Positions 11,640 to 24,679 of a stretch of DNA of 64,000 bases are shown here, piece after piece. The DNA comes from Lama glama. Taxonomy: Eukaryota. The stretch covers positions 78,060,001-78,124,000 of the forward strand of contig CM052816.1 in assembly GCA_028534125.1 (NCBI GenBank), given 5' to 3'. Position 1 is the first letter of the stretch; every line of letters starts with the position of its first letter. Made by a program: the position numbers and the translations under genes. Under the pieces are notes generated by a model that searched no databases, had not been told where the DNA came from, and worked only from the letters and a program-made list of their open reading frames with translations.

Positions 11640-11775
11640 GTTTAAAGTTCTTCATCTCTAAAAGTAGGACAATAATACCAACAATGAGGGGTTGTGAGGA
11701 TTAAATAAGATTAGGGATGTAAACGTGTCTAGAACAGTACTTGGAACACAGTAGGCACTCAATAAATACTGGTTC
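11640..11775 (+). mobile_element. MIR fragment
   Basis: ggttgtgaggattaaataag...acacagtaggcactcaataaat. Confidence 0.7.
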
Positions 11776-13321
11776 CTTTCTGCTCCTCCTCTTAGACCAT
11801 AAATTAAATATTAAAGTTAATAAACCCAATAACTAACTATACTCCATTTGTTTCAGGAGATATTAGCAGATTGAGCTAGTTATCAAAATAACAAAGAAAG
11901 AAAGAAGCTAACCTAGCATATAGATGGATGAAATATAAATTTACATAGCATCTGATGGTGACTAATTACACTATGGTTTTATGGCTCTGATTCTCTGAAT
12001 CTGTGCCTGAAAAAATGGATGCTAAAGTGCTAGGCCATTAGGTATCTGTCAAAACATTTAACGCTGAAGAACACATATTTTGAAACTTGGAGTGAGATCT
12101 GGTCTTGTAAAATTAAAACTGTGTTTCATTACAAAGATTTAAAAATAGAAGAAGGATCTGCCTGGGCCTTTCTGGACACAAAATGAAAACACCCAGAAGA
12201 CAAGAAAAAGACACAGGTGGGGTCATTACATTGCCCGAGGCACAAATGCTTTCTATCTTAAAATTTTGAATTCTTTCCAGATACAAGTTCTAAACTTTCT
12301 GGCATCTGCTGCATAAATGCATCACAGCATTTGGCAGAAGTCAAGGGAAGCATTAATTTTGTATGGAAATCACTTAAGAGATCTTGGTTTAATTTTTCTC
12401 GAAAGACTACACAGGCAAGTTGAGTGATGTAAGAGTCTGAAACTTGCTGGCTCTCTTGGTAGAACAAATCCAACAAGAAGAACTTTCTTTTCAAAAATGC
12501 CCAGGTATTAAAGGTATTGTCCCATACAAATGGGGAAAATGTTCTAACTTCTATATAAACCCACAATCTTCATAAACACACATAATTCACATTATGCACA
12601 CTACATACACATGGTAATTGCAATAAAAATGCAGTTGCTTTCAGAAGAAATGTTAATGCTCTACACTTATAATTATTAAAATTCAGCTTTATGAAATCTA
12701 GACTTAGAGTAAGGAATGAATGCCACAATAAATAACCCCTTATACTTTTACATTTGTGGCCAATTGATTTTCAACAAATATGCCAAAATAATTTCACAGA
12801 AAAAGAACAGTCTTTTCAAAACATGATGCTGGGACGGTTGGATATCCACATGCAAAATGATGAATGTGGACCTTTACTTAACATCAAACAAAAATTAACT
12901 CAAAAGAGATCATTTTATGTTATGTCTAACATTTATATACATAAATGTAAAACTCTTAAAACATGACTTTGAATCAGGGCATGATTCAACACTAAAAGCA
13001 CAAATGATAAAAGGGGGAAAAAAGATTAAGTTGGATATCAACAAATTGTATGTGCTTCAAAAGATACTATAAAGAAAGTTTAAAGACAAGCCATAAACTT
13101 GGAGGAAATATTTGTAAATCATATATCTGAGAAGGGACTGGTATTGAGAATATGTAAAGAACTTTACAACTTAATAAAAAATAAGTGACCCATTTTTTAA
13201 ATGGGTAAAAGATCTGAATACGTATTTCACTAAAGAATATATACAAGTGCTCATAAGCACATAAAAAGATGCCTGACATCATTTGTTATTAAGAAAATAC
13301 AAATCAAAGTCACAGTGAGAT

Positions 13322-13418
13322 GTAAGATGGGCTCAGGGGTGTGTTGTACCACACAGAGAATATAGCCAGTATTTTATAATAACCGTAAATGTAAAGTAAC
13401 CTTTAAAATTGTCTAAAA
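13322..13418 (+). mobile_element. Short L1 3' tail nested in the older L1
   Basis: cacagagaatatagccagtattttataataaccgtaaatg; insert bounded by a 16-bp TSD with 2 mismatches (13306-13321 and 13541-13556). Confidence 0.65.
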
Positions 13419-13527
13419 GGGAGGACAGGTATAGCTCAGTGGTAGAGCGCATGCTTAGCATGCATGAGGTCCTGGGTTCAATCGCCAGTACCTACACACA
13501 CACACAATCCCCCCCACACACACACAA
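13419..13527 (+). mobile_element. tRNA-Ala(AGC)-derived SINE (vic-1 type) with (CA)n tail
   Basis: ggtatagctcagtggtagagcgcatgcttagcatgcatgaggtcctgggttcaatcgccagtacct. Confidence 0.9.
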
Positions 13528-13955
13528 AAGGATGATTTAAAAAATCACAATGAGATATCACTTCATACTCACTAGACAGCAATAATCAAGAGACAGACAA
13601 TAATAAACGTAGTGAGGAAGTAAAGAAACTGGAACCCTTACACTTCAATGGTAGGAATGTAAAATGGTGGCCAGTTTGGAAAACAGTTTGGCAGTTTTGT
13701 AAAATATTAAACACAGATTTACCACATGACTCGGCAATTCTACTTCTAAGTATCCACTTAAGAGAACTGAAAACATATCCTCATGCAACAACTTTAACAT
13801 GAATCTTCACAGAAGCATTATTTGTAACAGACAAAAACTGGAAACACCCCAGTTTCTATCAACTGGTGAATGGATAAACAAAATGTTAAATTGTCATACA
13901 ATGGAAAACTACTTGTTTGGCAATAAAAAAGAAAAAGGTGTGATACGCACTATAG

Positions 13956-14384
13956 TATATGACTTTCTTGAGGCTGCCATAACAATAACTACAAACTGGA
14001 TGGCTTCAAACAACAGTAAGTTATTTCTTTACAGTTCTGGAGGCCAGAAGTCTGCCCTCTCTGGAGGCTCTACAGGAGAATTCCGTCTTGCCTCTTTCAG
14101 CTTATGGTGCCTATTAGCACTGATTGGCTTCACTGGCTAATAACCACATCTCTCCAATCTCTGCCTCTATCTTCACATAGCCTCCCCCTCTGTGTATCTT
14201 CTCCTTTTTTGTCTAAATATTTGTTATTGGATTTAAGGCCCACCTGGATAACTCAGGATGATTTCATCTCAAGATCCTAAAGAATTTTATCTGTAAAGAT
14301 CCCTTTTCTAAATAAGGTAACATTGACAGGTTCCAGGAGTTTCACATGGAAATATCTCTGGGGGGCTACTACTCAACCCTCTAC
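13956..14384 (-). mobile_element. MLT1 (B/C-like) MaLR LTR
   Basis: ggctgccataaca...acagttctggaggccagaagtc...ggatttaaggcccacctggataa...ctcaaccctctaca. Confidence 0.8.
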
Positions 14385-15769
14385 ATATCACACCATGGAT
14401 AAACCTCAAAATGTATCATGCTAAGTGAAAGAAGTTAGACACAAAAACTCATATGCTGTATAATCCAGTTATCTGAAACGTGCATGAAAAGCAAATATAT
14501 AGACAGAAAGCAGATTACTGTTTGCCTAGGGCTGGGAGTAAGAATGGGGAATGACTAAACATGGATTTTCTTTAGGGTGATGGAAATCTTATAAATTAGA
14601 TTGTTGTAATGGTTAACCAACTCTGTAAATATACTAAAAATCATTTAATTGCCCCAACCTCTCCTAGTTTTAGCTGGAATCAGGATAGCCGAACATCTCA
14701 ATAAACTCCTAGGAAAAACCATAAAAAATTAAACATCTCTGAAAATCACTTTCAGAAACCTCAGATGAGAAAGTGGGTCAAACAGAATTAGATGAAATTC
14801 TCAATTTAAAATATATTCCAATATTCTTACTAGACAAAAATATGCCCTGCTCTTATAAACCAAATAACCCTAAAGCTCTTTACAAAGCACTTTTTAAATC
14901 TTTTATTTCATTAAATCAAACAACAAGAGAGATCAGGGTCTAGTATGTAAATAAAGAAATAAAGGAAACTAAATTACACAGAGTTCTAGTCCAAGTGACT
15001 GCAGGTGAAGTAGTCCTCAACAGCTTCCTACCAACATTAAATTAAAACCTTGCACCAGATAGCAAATGTCCAACTGCTTAAAGGTTTGTGTATAAATAGG
15101 ATATATAGATATAAATATATAATACATTCATTAATATATTCATATTTATATATTAATAAGTGACCTTAAATATAGGAAGAGAAAAGGAGAGAAAGAGAAG
15201 GGAAAACTACATATTCCGATGTATATCCAAATATGTCACAGCAGTAGATTCCTTTTTTTCCCTTTAGGCCATTTCACTTTAACCCATTATGAAGCTCACG
15301 AGAGAAGTAGTGCAGTGTTTTAAGAGAACACTCACAAACAGATGCTGAGAATTGTTCTACTCAGACTTATGACAAAAATGCTTCACAAGTATTTCAAAAG
15401 ACTATATGAAGACCTTCAAAGACCTAAAATTGTGAATCAGCATCTTCCAAACAGATACTCATTTTGACTCCTTTTATTCTCTTAACAGCTAGCATCACTA
15501 TGTACATACAATAAGCTTTCAATAAAATTAAAATCTTATGCCAGATTTACAATATATATTATCATCATCTAGCTATCTTTCAGTACTCTTGTACTCTTGA
15601 ATTCTCCTGAAATGTTCTTCAACATGATTTGCTCCCATTAACTTCTGTTGAGGCAATGAGCACTCTTCCTAGCTCCGAGGAAACAAAGATTGACTAGGAC
15701 AGGGCCTTTGCCTTCATGGAAATCACAGCTTGGCTTGTGGAAATAACATACAAGCAATAAGCTATAGGA

Positions 15770-17075
15770 CCATAATTCAACAACTATATATTAAATACTT
15801 TCTACAGGCTAGATATCTTGGTGGATACTGAGAATACAAAGGTACCTGTTCTCCAAGAATATATACCCACATGGAGGAGAAAAAGTGGGGAGGGGGTGTC
15901 ATCACATCATGAGGAAGCATCCAGAGAAGGGAAAGAGATAGCTCATTTGGAAAGATCTGGAAAGGGTTCCTCAGAGGTGTGTTTTGGGGGAAGAGTTGAG
16001 ATTCTGCCAGTGAAATTTATAGTTGGGGGAGAGGGGTGAACTCTAGGAATTGGTGTAGAAGATGCAAAGATATGAAGGCTTGCAAAAGCACAGCTTACTC
16101 TAGGAACAAGAAGTTGTTTGCTTTGACAAGAGGACGAGGTGCTCAGTAGGCATGAGTAGAAGATGAGATGGTTAATAATCGTTGGCAATACCAGAGTGTA
16201 ACGAGTATCCAATACAGAGTGTAAAAGGTATCCTATAAGCTGTACTGGGATTATAGGCTTTATACTCCAGGAAACTATGAAGCCACTAAATAGAGGAGTG
16301 ACTTAAGTTATATAATCAGACCTGTGCTTTAGGAAACCACTTGGGATGGCAGTGGAGAAGACTGAGTGGAGAGGACAAGTCTTCAGGCTGCATAGCCCAG
16401 GTGAGCGATGATCAAGACCTGGGCTAAGGCAGTGAGGTAAGGAGAGTGTAAAAGAAAAACAACTTTGAGGAGGGAAAGGAGGTGGTGCCATTCATTCAGT
16501 CAGACGGAGTTGTGGAAAGTGTGATGTTAAGACAAAAGATAGTAATATTAAAGGAAGTAAGAGCAGGTTAAGGTTCCGATATCTGTGTGGCAACCAGGTG
16601 GAGAATCTTGCGGTACAGGACAAGGGAAAGGAATACAATTAGGAGTCATCAGAATGCAGACAAAGATACTGTGGGAACTGCAGAATACAAATCCCCATGG
16701 AACAGATACTTAAGAAATAGGCAGCCAAAAGGAAAACGAGTGAGACAAAAGACAAGAAAGAGGTATGAGAGGAAGGGCAGGGCAGTGTTAGGAAGGACAA
16801 TGGAGAAAGTTTAAAAGGATGGTATGATCAAGAGTGTCAGTTCCAAAGAGATATTAAGTAAAATAAGGAGTAAAAGGCTTTCATTGGATTTAACAGATAA
16901 AGGTCATAGATGAGGCCTGCAAGAGCAACTTTAGTAGAATGATGGGAGCAGAAATCAAAATACTTTGGAATTAGGAGTGGGAAGTTATAATGGAGAGACA
17001 GCAGGCATAGAGTGCTCCTGCATAAAATGCTATTTAAATACAGATAGGAATTGGGAGGGAGGAGATAAACTAGAA
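15770..17075 (-). mobile_element. Degenerate L2
   Basis: Long purine-rich tract with L2 motifs such as gaagccact, gacctgtgctttaggaaaccac and taaaggtcatagatgaggcct. Confidence 0.6.
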
Positions 17076-17079
17076 GCAA

Positions 17080-17335
17080 GGGATTAACAGATACAGACTA
17101 CTACACAGAAAGTAGATAAGCAACAAGGATTTACTATGTAGCACAGGGAACTATATTTGATATCTTGTAATAACCTATAATGGAAAATAATCTGAAAATA
17201 CACAAACACACACACATATACACACAAATAAAACTGAATCACTTTGTGGTACACCTGAAACTAACCCAAAATTGTAAATCAACTATACTTCAGTAAAAAA
17301 AATAGTAAGAGAAAAAAAATAAGAAATAAAAAATA
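17080..17335 (+). mobile_element. Artiodactyl-type L1 3'UTR end
   Basis: gggattaacagatac...caacaaggatttactatgtagcacagggaactata...gtacacctgaaactaac...gtaaatcaactatacttc plus A-rich tail. Confidence 0.85.
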
Positions 17336-17548
17336 CAGATAAGAATCGATAAAGCCTGGCTAGGGTAAAAGGATGCAAAAGAATGGAACTGAGGAAGAGA
17401 GGCTGAGGAGAGGATAGAACATTTGATTTGTCTCCTAAATGGGAAGAAGGAGTTATGGGCTAGATTTTGAAGAAGGGAATTTATGGCAGAAGGAATATCA
17501 CAAGAAAAGGCCTTGAAAGGAATGGTGAATATAGTCTGATATAGTCAC

Positions 17549-17587
17549 TGTGTGTGTGTGTGTGTGTGTGTGCGCACGCGCGTGTGT
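17549..17587. repeat. (TG)n/(CG) alternating purine-pyrimidine repeat
   Basis: tgtgtg...tgcgcacgcgcgtgtgt. Confidence 0.9.
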
Positions 17588-19009
17588 TTTGTCGGGGGGT
17601 AAAAGGTGTTTTACACATTGTCTGGATGAAAATGGAAACAGGCTGGGACTGGATTGGGAAAGACCTTGCAAACCCAGCTGGGAAGTGTGCACAGTATTCT
17701 GTAAACTTTGGGAAGCAATGGAGATTCAACATCAAAAGAGGTTTGGGATCATGAAGGACAGGCCTGAACTCCTCTCCTGGGCAAGCAGTGTACCCCAAAG
17801 TCTGCCTGGACTGGTGCTCCAGCAACAAGACCTGGCCCATGGCTGCAGAGTGTGGAGCCAAGAAGGAATGAAGACAGTGTCCCTGACAAAGTTCCTAGAC
17901 AAAGGAAAATGATGCTGTTATTAATAGAAATGGAAAATCTGAGAAGAGAGAAACACAAGAAAATGAAATTAAAATAGTAGAGATCCAGTGCTTCTAACCA
18001 TATGTATTTCTGACCAATTGGAAATAAACACGAAGAAATCACTTATTAAAAAACTACTCTTCGGGAGAAGGCACTGGGAACAGACAGAAGAATTCTGTCA
18101 TTCTCCCACTGCATTTCTATGTACATGATTGGGGGAAATTCACAACCAATCCACCTGGGGTGTGCTAGCCCACTAATTAATTATTCTTATTATATACATC
18201 AAAATAAGAAACCACATGTGGATTTGACCTTAAAATATGGAGAAATAAGTAGTGTGCCTATAATTACAAATGACTGTTTAATTTATGTTAAGAAGTAACA
18301 CTAACTTCTGACAAGAGCAATACAAAGCCCACTGGGTGGAGGTGGAGAATGGGGAAGATATGGAGGAAGAGGAAAGAGAATATGGTAGTCAACACAGGAT
18401 AAAGTGGGTATGACAAGTCTTACAGTAATCTGCCTCCACCCACCCTCTACCCTGGTGCTGCCAGGCCTCAACAGTACTTCTGGATCAGCTTCTCTCTGGA
18501 TATTAGCAGGTGCAAGCAGGCTTTCCAACAGGCCGCTGAAGTATGAAGGCATTATTCTTCATGATTACAGTCATTATACTTAATTTTTTTAAATGCCTCT
18601 GAAATACAATACATACATAAAATTTTTACTCAACCAAGTTTCAAAGCAGCAGCCTCCACATCTGCAAAACAGATTCTAAAGATAACATTTTACGTGCCAA
18701 AGAGTGATTCAGTGCAAATCTGAAAATGAGATAAATATTCTTTTGAAAGGGAATGGACAGTTCTTCCTGACTGAAAAGTTAAACAATGCTTAATGAAGTT
18801 GTAGAGTTAAGTAGTGAAGTCAATGTTATTTTAGAAGTTTACACTAAAAATAATGAACCTTTTTCAATATCTCTAACAAATTAATCTACAACAGAACTCT
18901 AGTACTTGAAGGATTATTTCCAGAAATCATGAATGTCAAGATGTGTTTGATAACGAATTCAGAACACTTAATTAATAATCTGAATAAAAGCTAAGATTTG
19001 TACTAATAA

Positions 19010-19150
19010 TCATGGTAAATAACATTTACATGCTCATAACAAAGCAAGAACTGTTCTAAGCACTTCATCATTTAATCCTCAACTCTATGAAGAAGGTACT
19101 ATTATGACCTCCATTTTACAGAGGAAAACTAAGGCACAAAAGGATTAAGT
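19010..19150 (-). mobile_element. MIR fragment
   Basis: catttaatcctc...ccattttacagaggaaaactaaggcac. Confidence 0.75.
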
Positions 19151-20084
19151 AATAATTAATGTCAATATTCAAATAAGCAAAATAATAAACTACTGTACCA
19201 ACTGCCCTCTCATGTTTCATAGTGTTGTCTATATGGATCCATGAAAACAGGTAAGTTCACAATAATTTTTGATTAATATACCATAAATATTGATGGTTCA
19301 AGCAATAATTTTTAGTTGAGTAAGAATACTGCAAAACATCCATACCTATAAAGCCAGTGTAAAATAAAGCTGAATATAATTTATACTTTGTATCTTTTAG
19401 GAATAAGTAGTGACTCTGAAAGTCTCTCATAAAGTATATTATATTATAGAAATGTAGTCCTTACTATTTAAGAAAATAAATATCAACTTTTCTCTCCCAA
19501 TGCAGGTAATCAATGAGAAAACACTTTCAGAAGGATACTAGGGTAAGGGACTGCATTTACTATAATTCTCTCTCTCTATCTTCTATCTCTCACACTTTCT
19601 CATCCTCCCAGACCTGTTACACATCTGTTCATAAGCCAGGCATTTTCCCCTTGAATAAGCTCTGTTAGACACTCTTTTAAAATACCTTTAGGGGATACAT
19701 TTTCTGTGTGTAAGGAAGGAGAAACAGCACATAGAAGAATCAGCAGCAGCTGATGCACAATGGGGAAATAACGTGAATCCAGGAAAAATCTTAAAACTCA
19801 CCACACGTAGTTTAAAGCCTTGCACAGAGGTTATGAACTACTAGGATCAACAGAGTGGGGGTAACCATCCAAGCAGCCTTTTTGCCATCAGAAATGGGTC
19901 ATTTGAGAAAAGGCACTGAGGGGAGACTCTGCCAAAAAAGTACTAAACACAAGGATAGCCTATGCTGAAAACAGGTTGAAAGTCAGCAGTTTCTCCAAAT
20001 GCTCTCCAGAAATGCCTTTCCAGTACAGAAAGAGTCATAAAGAAATGTTCACCATCTGCAGCATTACCACTAGGCATAATACTA

Positions 20085-20280
20085 CTAATAAAAGCTAAAC
20101 ATTTATCAAGTCTGCATTATACCAGCATTACACTAAGGGCTTTACACATGTTATCTCAACACTGAGGAAGGTACCTATAATCATCCTCATTTTATATATG
20201 AGGTATGAGAAGTTGTGTAATTTGTCTATGATCATACAGTTAGTGGCAGAGTTAGGATTCTGATCCAGGTCAGCCTGGTT
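20085..20280 (-). mobile_element. MIR
   Basis: ctaagggctttacacatg...cagttagtggcagagttaggattc. Confidence 0.65.
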
Positions 20281-20624
20281 GAGAAGTACCTTGATACCTA
20301 AAGGATAACTGTGTGTAGACCTCTGGCTGTATAATCACTGTATGAAACTGGGCCATATACTACCAAGTAAGCAGAGAATTCTTGGGTCATACTGCTAGAT
20401 GTCTGACAAAGGCACTTTGAAAAGTACTGTTTACAGTACTGTTAATCTAGTTTTCAGGGACAATCATTACACATCTCCCTAAAATATTAAAAGGTTTGAT
20501 TTCATAGTTTGGTTTTCACCTATCCCTACAGTTAGTCTGAATAAAATGGTCAGCACAACACTTCAATTTACTCCAGGAGACGTGAGAACCAGAATACAAC
20601 TGCTAAAATGATGCATTCTATTCG

Positions 20625-20998
20625 GGTACATCCTACAGCATGGATGAACCTTGAAGACTTTATGCTAAGCCACATACATTAGGACAAATATTCCATTCCA
20701 CTTAATTGAGGTACCTAAAATAGATAAATTCATAGAGATAGAAAGTAGAGTAGTGGTTGCTAGAGGCTAGAGGGGAGGGGGCATAAGGAGTCACTATTGT
20801 TTAATGGGTACAGTTTCAGTATGGGATGATGAAAAAGTTCTGGAGAGGACCAGTGGTGATGGTTACACAGCAATGTTGAATGTTCTTAATGCCATTTAAC
20901 TGTACACTTAAAAAATGGTTAAAATAGCAAATTTTATGTTATATATATTTTACTATAAGAAAATAATGCTCACAGCAAAAATAAATAAAAATAAAAAA
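20625..20998 (+). mobile_element. L1MB-like 3'UTR end
   Basis: catggatgaaccttgaagac...gaaagtagagtagtggttgc...gatgaaaaagttctggag...ctgtacacttaaaaaatggtt plus A-rich tail. Confidence 0.85.
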
Positions 20999-21639
20999 TG
21001 ATTCATCCTTTGACTAAGTAGTGAGACCATCAAAGGTACTAATAAGGTAGACATTGCTTTAATAAATTAAAATAAATAGAAGTTTTCATACACTTCCCCC
21101 ACCCCTGGGAGTTGGCTAAAGTACTGTGAGATCTGGGATTTGGAATCTAGTGAATTAACTCCTCACTTGTCACTTCAGAAGAGACAAGCCATCTAACAGT
21201 CAACAGCCAGTTAATGCAAAAAGACCTGTCCCTATTTGAAACAGCTAATATTTATCAGCTTATTGCCTTAGACCTTCTGCTGTCCATCTCTAGATCTATG
21301 TATAGTTTTGGGGATTTTGCGGGGAGGGTTTTTGGGGGAGGGAAAGGAGGTCTGTGAGTTGCCTAAAATAGTACATATGTGTAGCTTTTGAAGAAAAAGT
21401 CTGTAGCTTACCCTAGATCATCAAAGAGACCCAACAAAGGTTAAGAATGCAGTTCTAGGTTAACTAAATTTTACTCCTGGCCAAAGTAGGACCTTCAGAG
21501 ATCTGACTGTATATTTAGATGGCATTGCTTTGATCCTCTCTTAGAATGGCTTTACTTGGATTTCATTTTTTGGTCCTGCTTCTGACTTACGTTGAGGGGT
21601 GCAACAAAAAAATAATAACATGAATACACTACAGAAAAA

Positions 21640-21850
21640 TGATTAAGGGTGAGGACAGTGAATCAGATTTGCCTGTTTTTAAATCCTTTTCCCCCACTTA
21701 CTATGTGATCTTGGACAAGCCACCTAACCTCTTGGGCCTAAGTTTCCTAATCTGAAAATAATTACTTCACAGGGTCACTGTAAGGTATTGAATGAGAAAA
21801 TACACATAAAGGACTTAATACAGCACCTTGTCCATAGTAAATGCCCAATT
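21640..21850 (+). mobile_element. MIR
   Basis: ccacttactatgtgatcttggacaagccacctaacctc...agtttcctaatctgaaaa. Confidence 0.75.
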
Positions 21851-23604
21851 ATCATAAATTCACTGTTGTGTTTATTGTGAGAATATTGTCTATTATCAGC
21901 TAGTGCTCCCTATATGAAAGCCCCTGGGGAACATTTTTCCCTTATACTCTTTTGAAAGGAAAAGCTCTATGTTTCATCCTGGGGATCCTGGGACTCTTAA
22001 CCGAGCATGTCTCCATCTTTGTTCAGATCACTAACAAGGTTAGAGCCGAATTAACACCCAAGTTTATCCACTGATCAGCAAAACCTTCCAAATAATTTTT
22101 TGTGAACTAACTTTATCCCTTCACTCTTAACTTCCCATGGCCCTGAATGATTTATTTTTTATAATGCTGTGCTACTATTATTATTTTGAGCTTCTCCAAA
22201 TTCTTTTTTGGAATGAGATAAGATGCATTAAAATAAATAAATTAACAAATCAACAGAAAAAATAAACAGTGCTATTTTTAAGCTGTTGATAATTTGGGTT
22301 TAAAAAAAGTTACTTTCCTAATTCATGGGTATACTGACTACAAAGTTAGGAGAAAAATTTTATTATTTGGAATTCCAAAAGTAGGATCTGCCCTAGACCA
22401 GTTTAGACTCTTTAAGGAAAGCTGAAATCAAGAGTTATCAGTCAAAAAGCAGAACCAATCACCAGTATGGTGATAAGAACTTAATATGAAGAGTGAGGAA
22501 GCAAAGAGGGAGTGTAGCAACATGCTGTCCCTTTGGGTGAATGCTTATATGTCTGAAAACAATTAATTTCTAGAATTCAATGAGGGATATTTCAAACAGA
22601 AACTACAAATTCACAGTATGCATCAATTGCTGGGGAAAACAAAAACAAAAAGTTTCCTGTCTTTAACTGTACTGAACCCACAGCAATGGCAGGTAATATC
22701 CAAGCTTACTTAAAGGTGTCTGTATTTTCTAACTCAGACAAATGGAAATGTGCCACAGCTGTCGTGTGTGAAGCAGATGGGACACCAAAGGGGCTGAGCT
22801 GTTGGCCAAAGACAAAGGGGGAAAAATTCAAAATATAAGCCAAAGAAGCTTTCCATAGCTGCTTGGCAATACAGCTTCTAAATAAACTATCTTAATTTGA
22901 TTCACATGTAGTGAGTGGAAAATTAAGCACAGGGCAATGAAAAAATTTATGAATTCATTAAGTAGATAAAATTATAAAGCAGTTTCACTACTACATATGT
23001 TGATATCAGATACTATATTTACTACAGACATTATAATTACATACATTTAAGAAGCAGTATATTATCTTGGGTATATAACAGATAAGAAACTAATTTTTGA
23101 GATGACTCAAATGTGCTCCCACGTGTGACCTCTAAAGAATCAGTATGTTAGAATAAAAATCCAATAATTTTAAAGTAGTATATTACATGAAAATCCTCGG
23201 AGAGTAAAATTAAAATGGAGTACTAAGGCAATACAAGACAGAAGAAACTATGAAGACAAAGTAGAGATGATCTTCTAAAAAAAATTACTATAAAACGTTT
23301 AGGGGGCTTCTTGTTTCTAAAAGCTGTTGTCTATCACAAAAATTCCATTTTTGTGCCTAATCTATTCAAAACTGTACGAAAGAAAATGTTACCACACTGG
23401 ATTATTCATAATAATGAAACAAATAAAAGTTCATTTAGTGAAATTCAGATTTCCTTCAGACTATAATCAAATCTCTGTTCCAAATGTTTGATTTTTTCAA
23501 AATTGTTCTTCATCAGAGTTGGGTTTTTTGTCCTTTGCTTTGCTCTTCTAGAAGCGAAAATATTTTAATTTTTCCTTCCTTTCTTCTCTCCCTCCCTCCC
23601 TTTC

Positions 23605-23725
23605 CCCTCCATTCAGTCAAGAAGTATTTATGGACCTACTGATAGGCCAAGCACTTCTTTAAGTGCTAGAAATACAGCACTGAACAAAACAAACATCTTG
23701 TCCTTGCGAAACTATTAGTCTAGTC
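23605..23725 (-). mobile_element. L2 3' end fragment
   Basis: cattcagtcaagaagtatttatggacctact...aatacagcactgaacaaaac. Confidence 0.6.
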
Positions 23726-23863
23726 AAATATATTGATTCATTTGTTTGTTTCCTCATTTTACTATCTCTTTATCGTGTGCCTTCAAGGAACAGAGTTTGG
23801 AGAAATATTTATATTAGGAACTAGAGAAACAAAATTTAATAGCAATACCAGGATTAAGACTAT

Positions 23864-24179
23864 GCAAGGAACAAAACTACAATGAAGTATCACCTCACAC
23901 AAGTCAGAATGCCCATCATTCAAAAGTCCACAAATGACAAATGCTGGAGAGGCTGTGGAGAAATGGGAACCCTCCTACACTGCTGGTGGGAATGCAGTTT
24001 GGTACAGCCACTGTGGAAAACAGTACGGAGATTCCTCGAAAGATTAGGAATAGACTTACCACATGACCCAGTAATCCTACTCCTGGGCATATATCCAGAA
24101 GGAACCCTACTTCAAAAAGATACCTGCACCCCAATGTTGATAGCAGCACTATTTACAATAGCCAAGACATGGAAACAGC
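23864..24179 (+). mobile_element. Young 5'-truncated L1, ORF2p C-terminal (cysteine-rich CCHC) region, running into an assembly gap
   Basis: Open frame [46 protein letters not shown]...IAALFTIAKTWKQ is the L1 ORF2p C-terminus. Confidence 0.93.
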
Positions 24180-24679
24180 NNNNNNNNNNNNNNNNNNNNN
24201 NNNNNNNNNNNNNNNNNNNNNNNNNNNNNNNNNNNNNNNNNNNNNNNNNNNNNNNNNNNNNNNNNNNNNNNNNNNNNNNNNNNNNNNNNNNNNNNNNNNN
24301 NNNNNNNNNNNNNNNNNNNNNNNNNNNNNNNNNNNNNNNNNNNNNNNNNNNNNNNNNNNNNNNNNNNNNNNNNNNNNNNNNNNNNNNNNNNNNNNNNNNN
24401 NNNNNNNNNNNNNNNNNNNNNNNNNNNNNNNNNNNNNNNNNNNNNNNNNNNNNNNNNNNNNNNNNNNNNNNNNNNNNNNNNNNNNNNNNNNNNNNNNNNN
24501 NNNNNNNNNNNNNNNNNNNNNNNNNNNNNNNNNNNNNNNNNNNNNNNNNNNNNNNNNNNNNNNNNNNNNNNNNNNNNNNNNNNNNNNNNNNNNNNNNNNN
24601 NNNNNNNNNNNNNNNNNNNNNNNNNNNNNNNNNNNNNNNNNNNNNNNNNNNNNNNNNNNNNNNNNNNNNNNNNNNNNNN
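24180..24679. other. Assembly gap (500 N)
   Basis: Run of N. Confidence 1.

Larger units (their letters stand above)
12700..14650 (+). mobile_element. Old L1M (ORF2 3' part and 3'UTR) hosting nested insertions
   Basis: gaacagtcttttcaaaacatgatgctggg, ggaaaacagtttggcagtt, atgctaagtgaaagaag; interrupted at 13322-13540 and 13956-14384. Confidence 0.85.

Noticed and set aside
17481..17912. Overlapping 120-126 aa ORFs
   Set aside because: Anchored in a (TG)n repeat, with no recognisable domain or splice support
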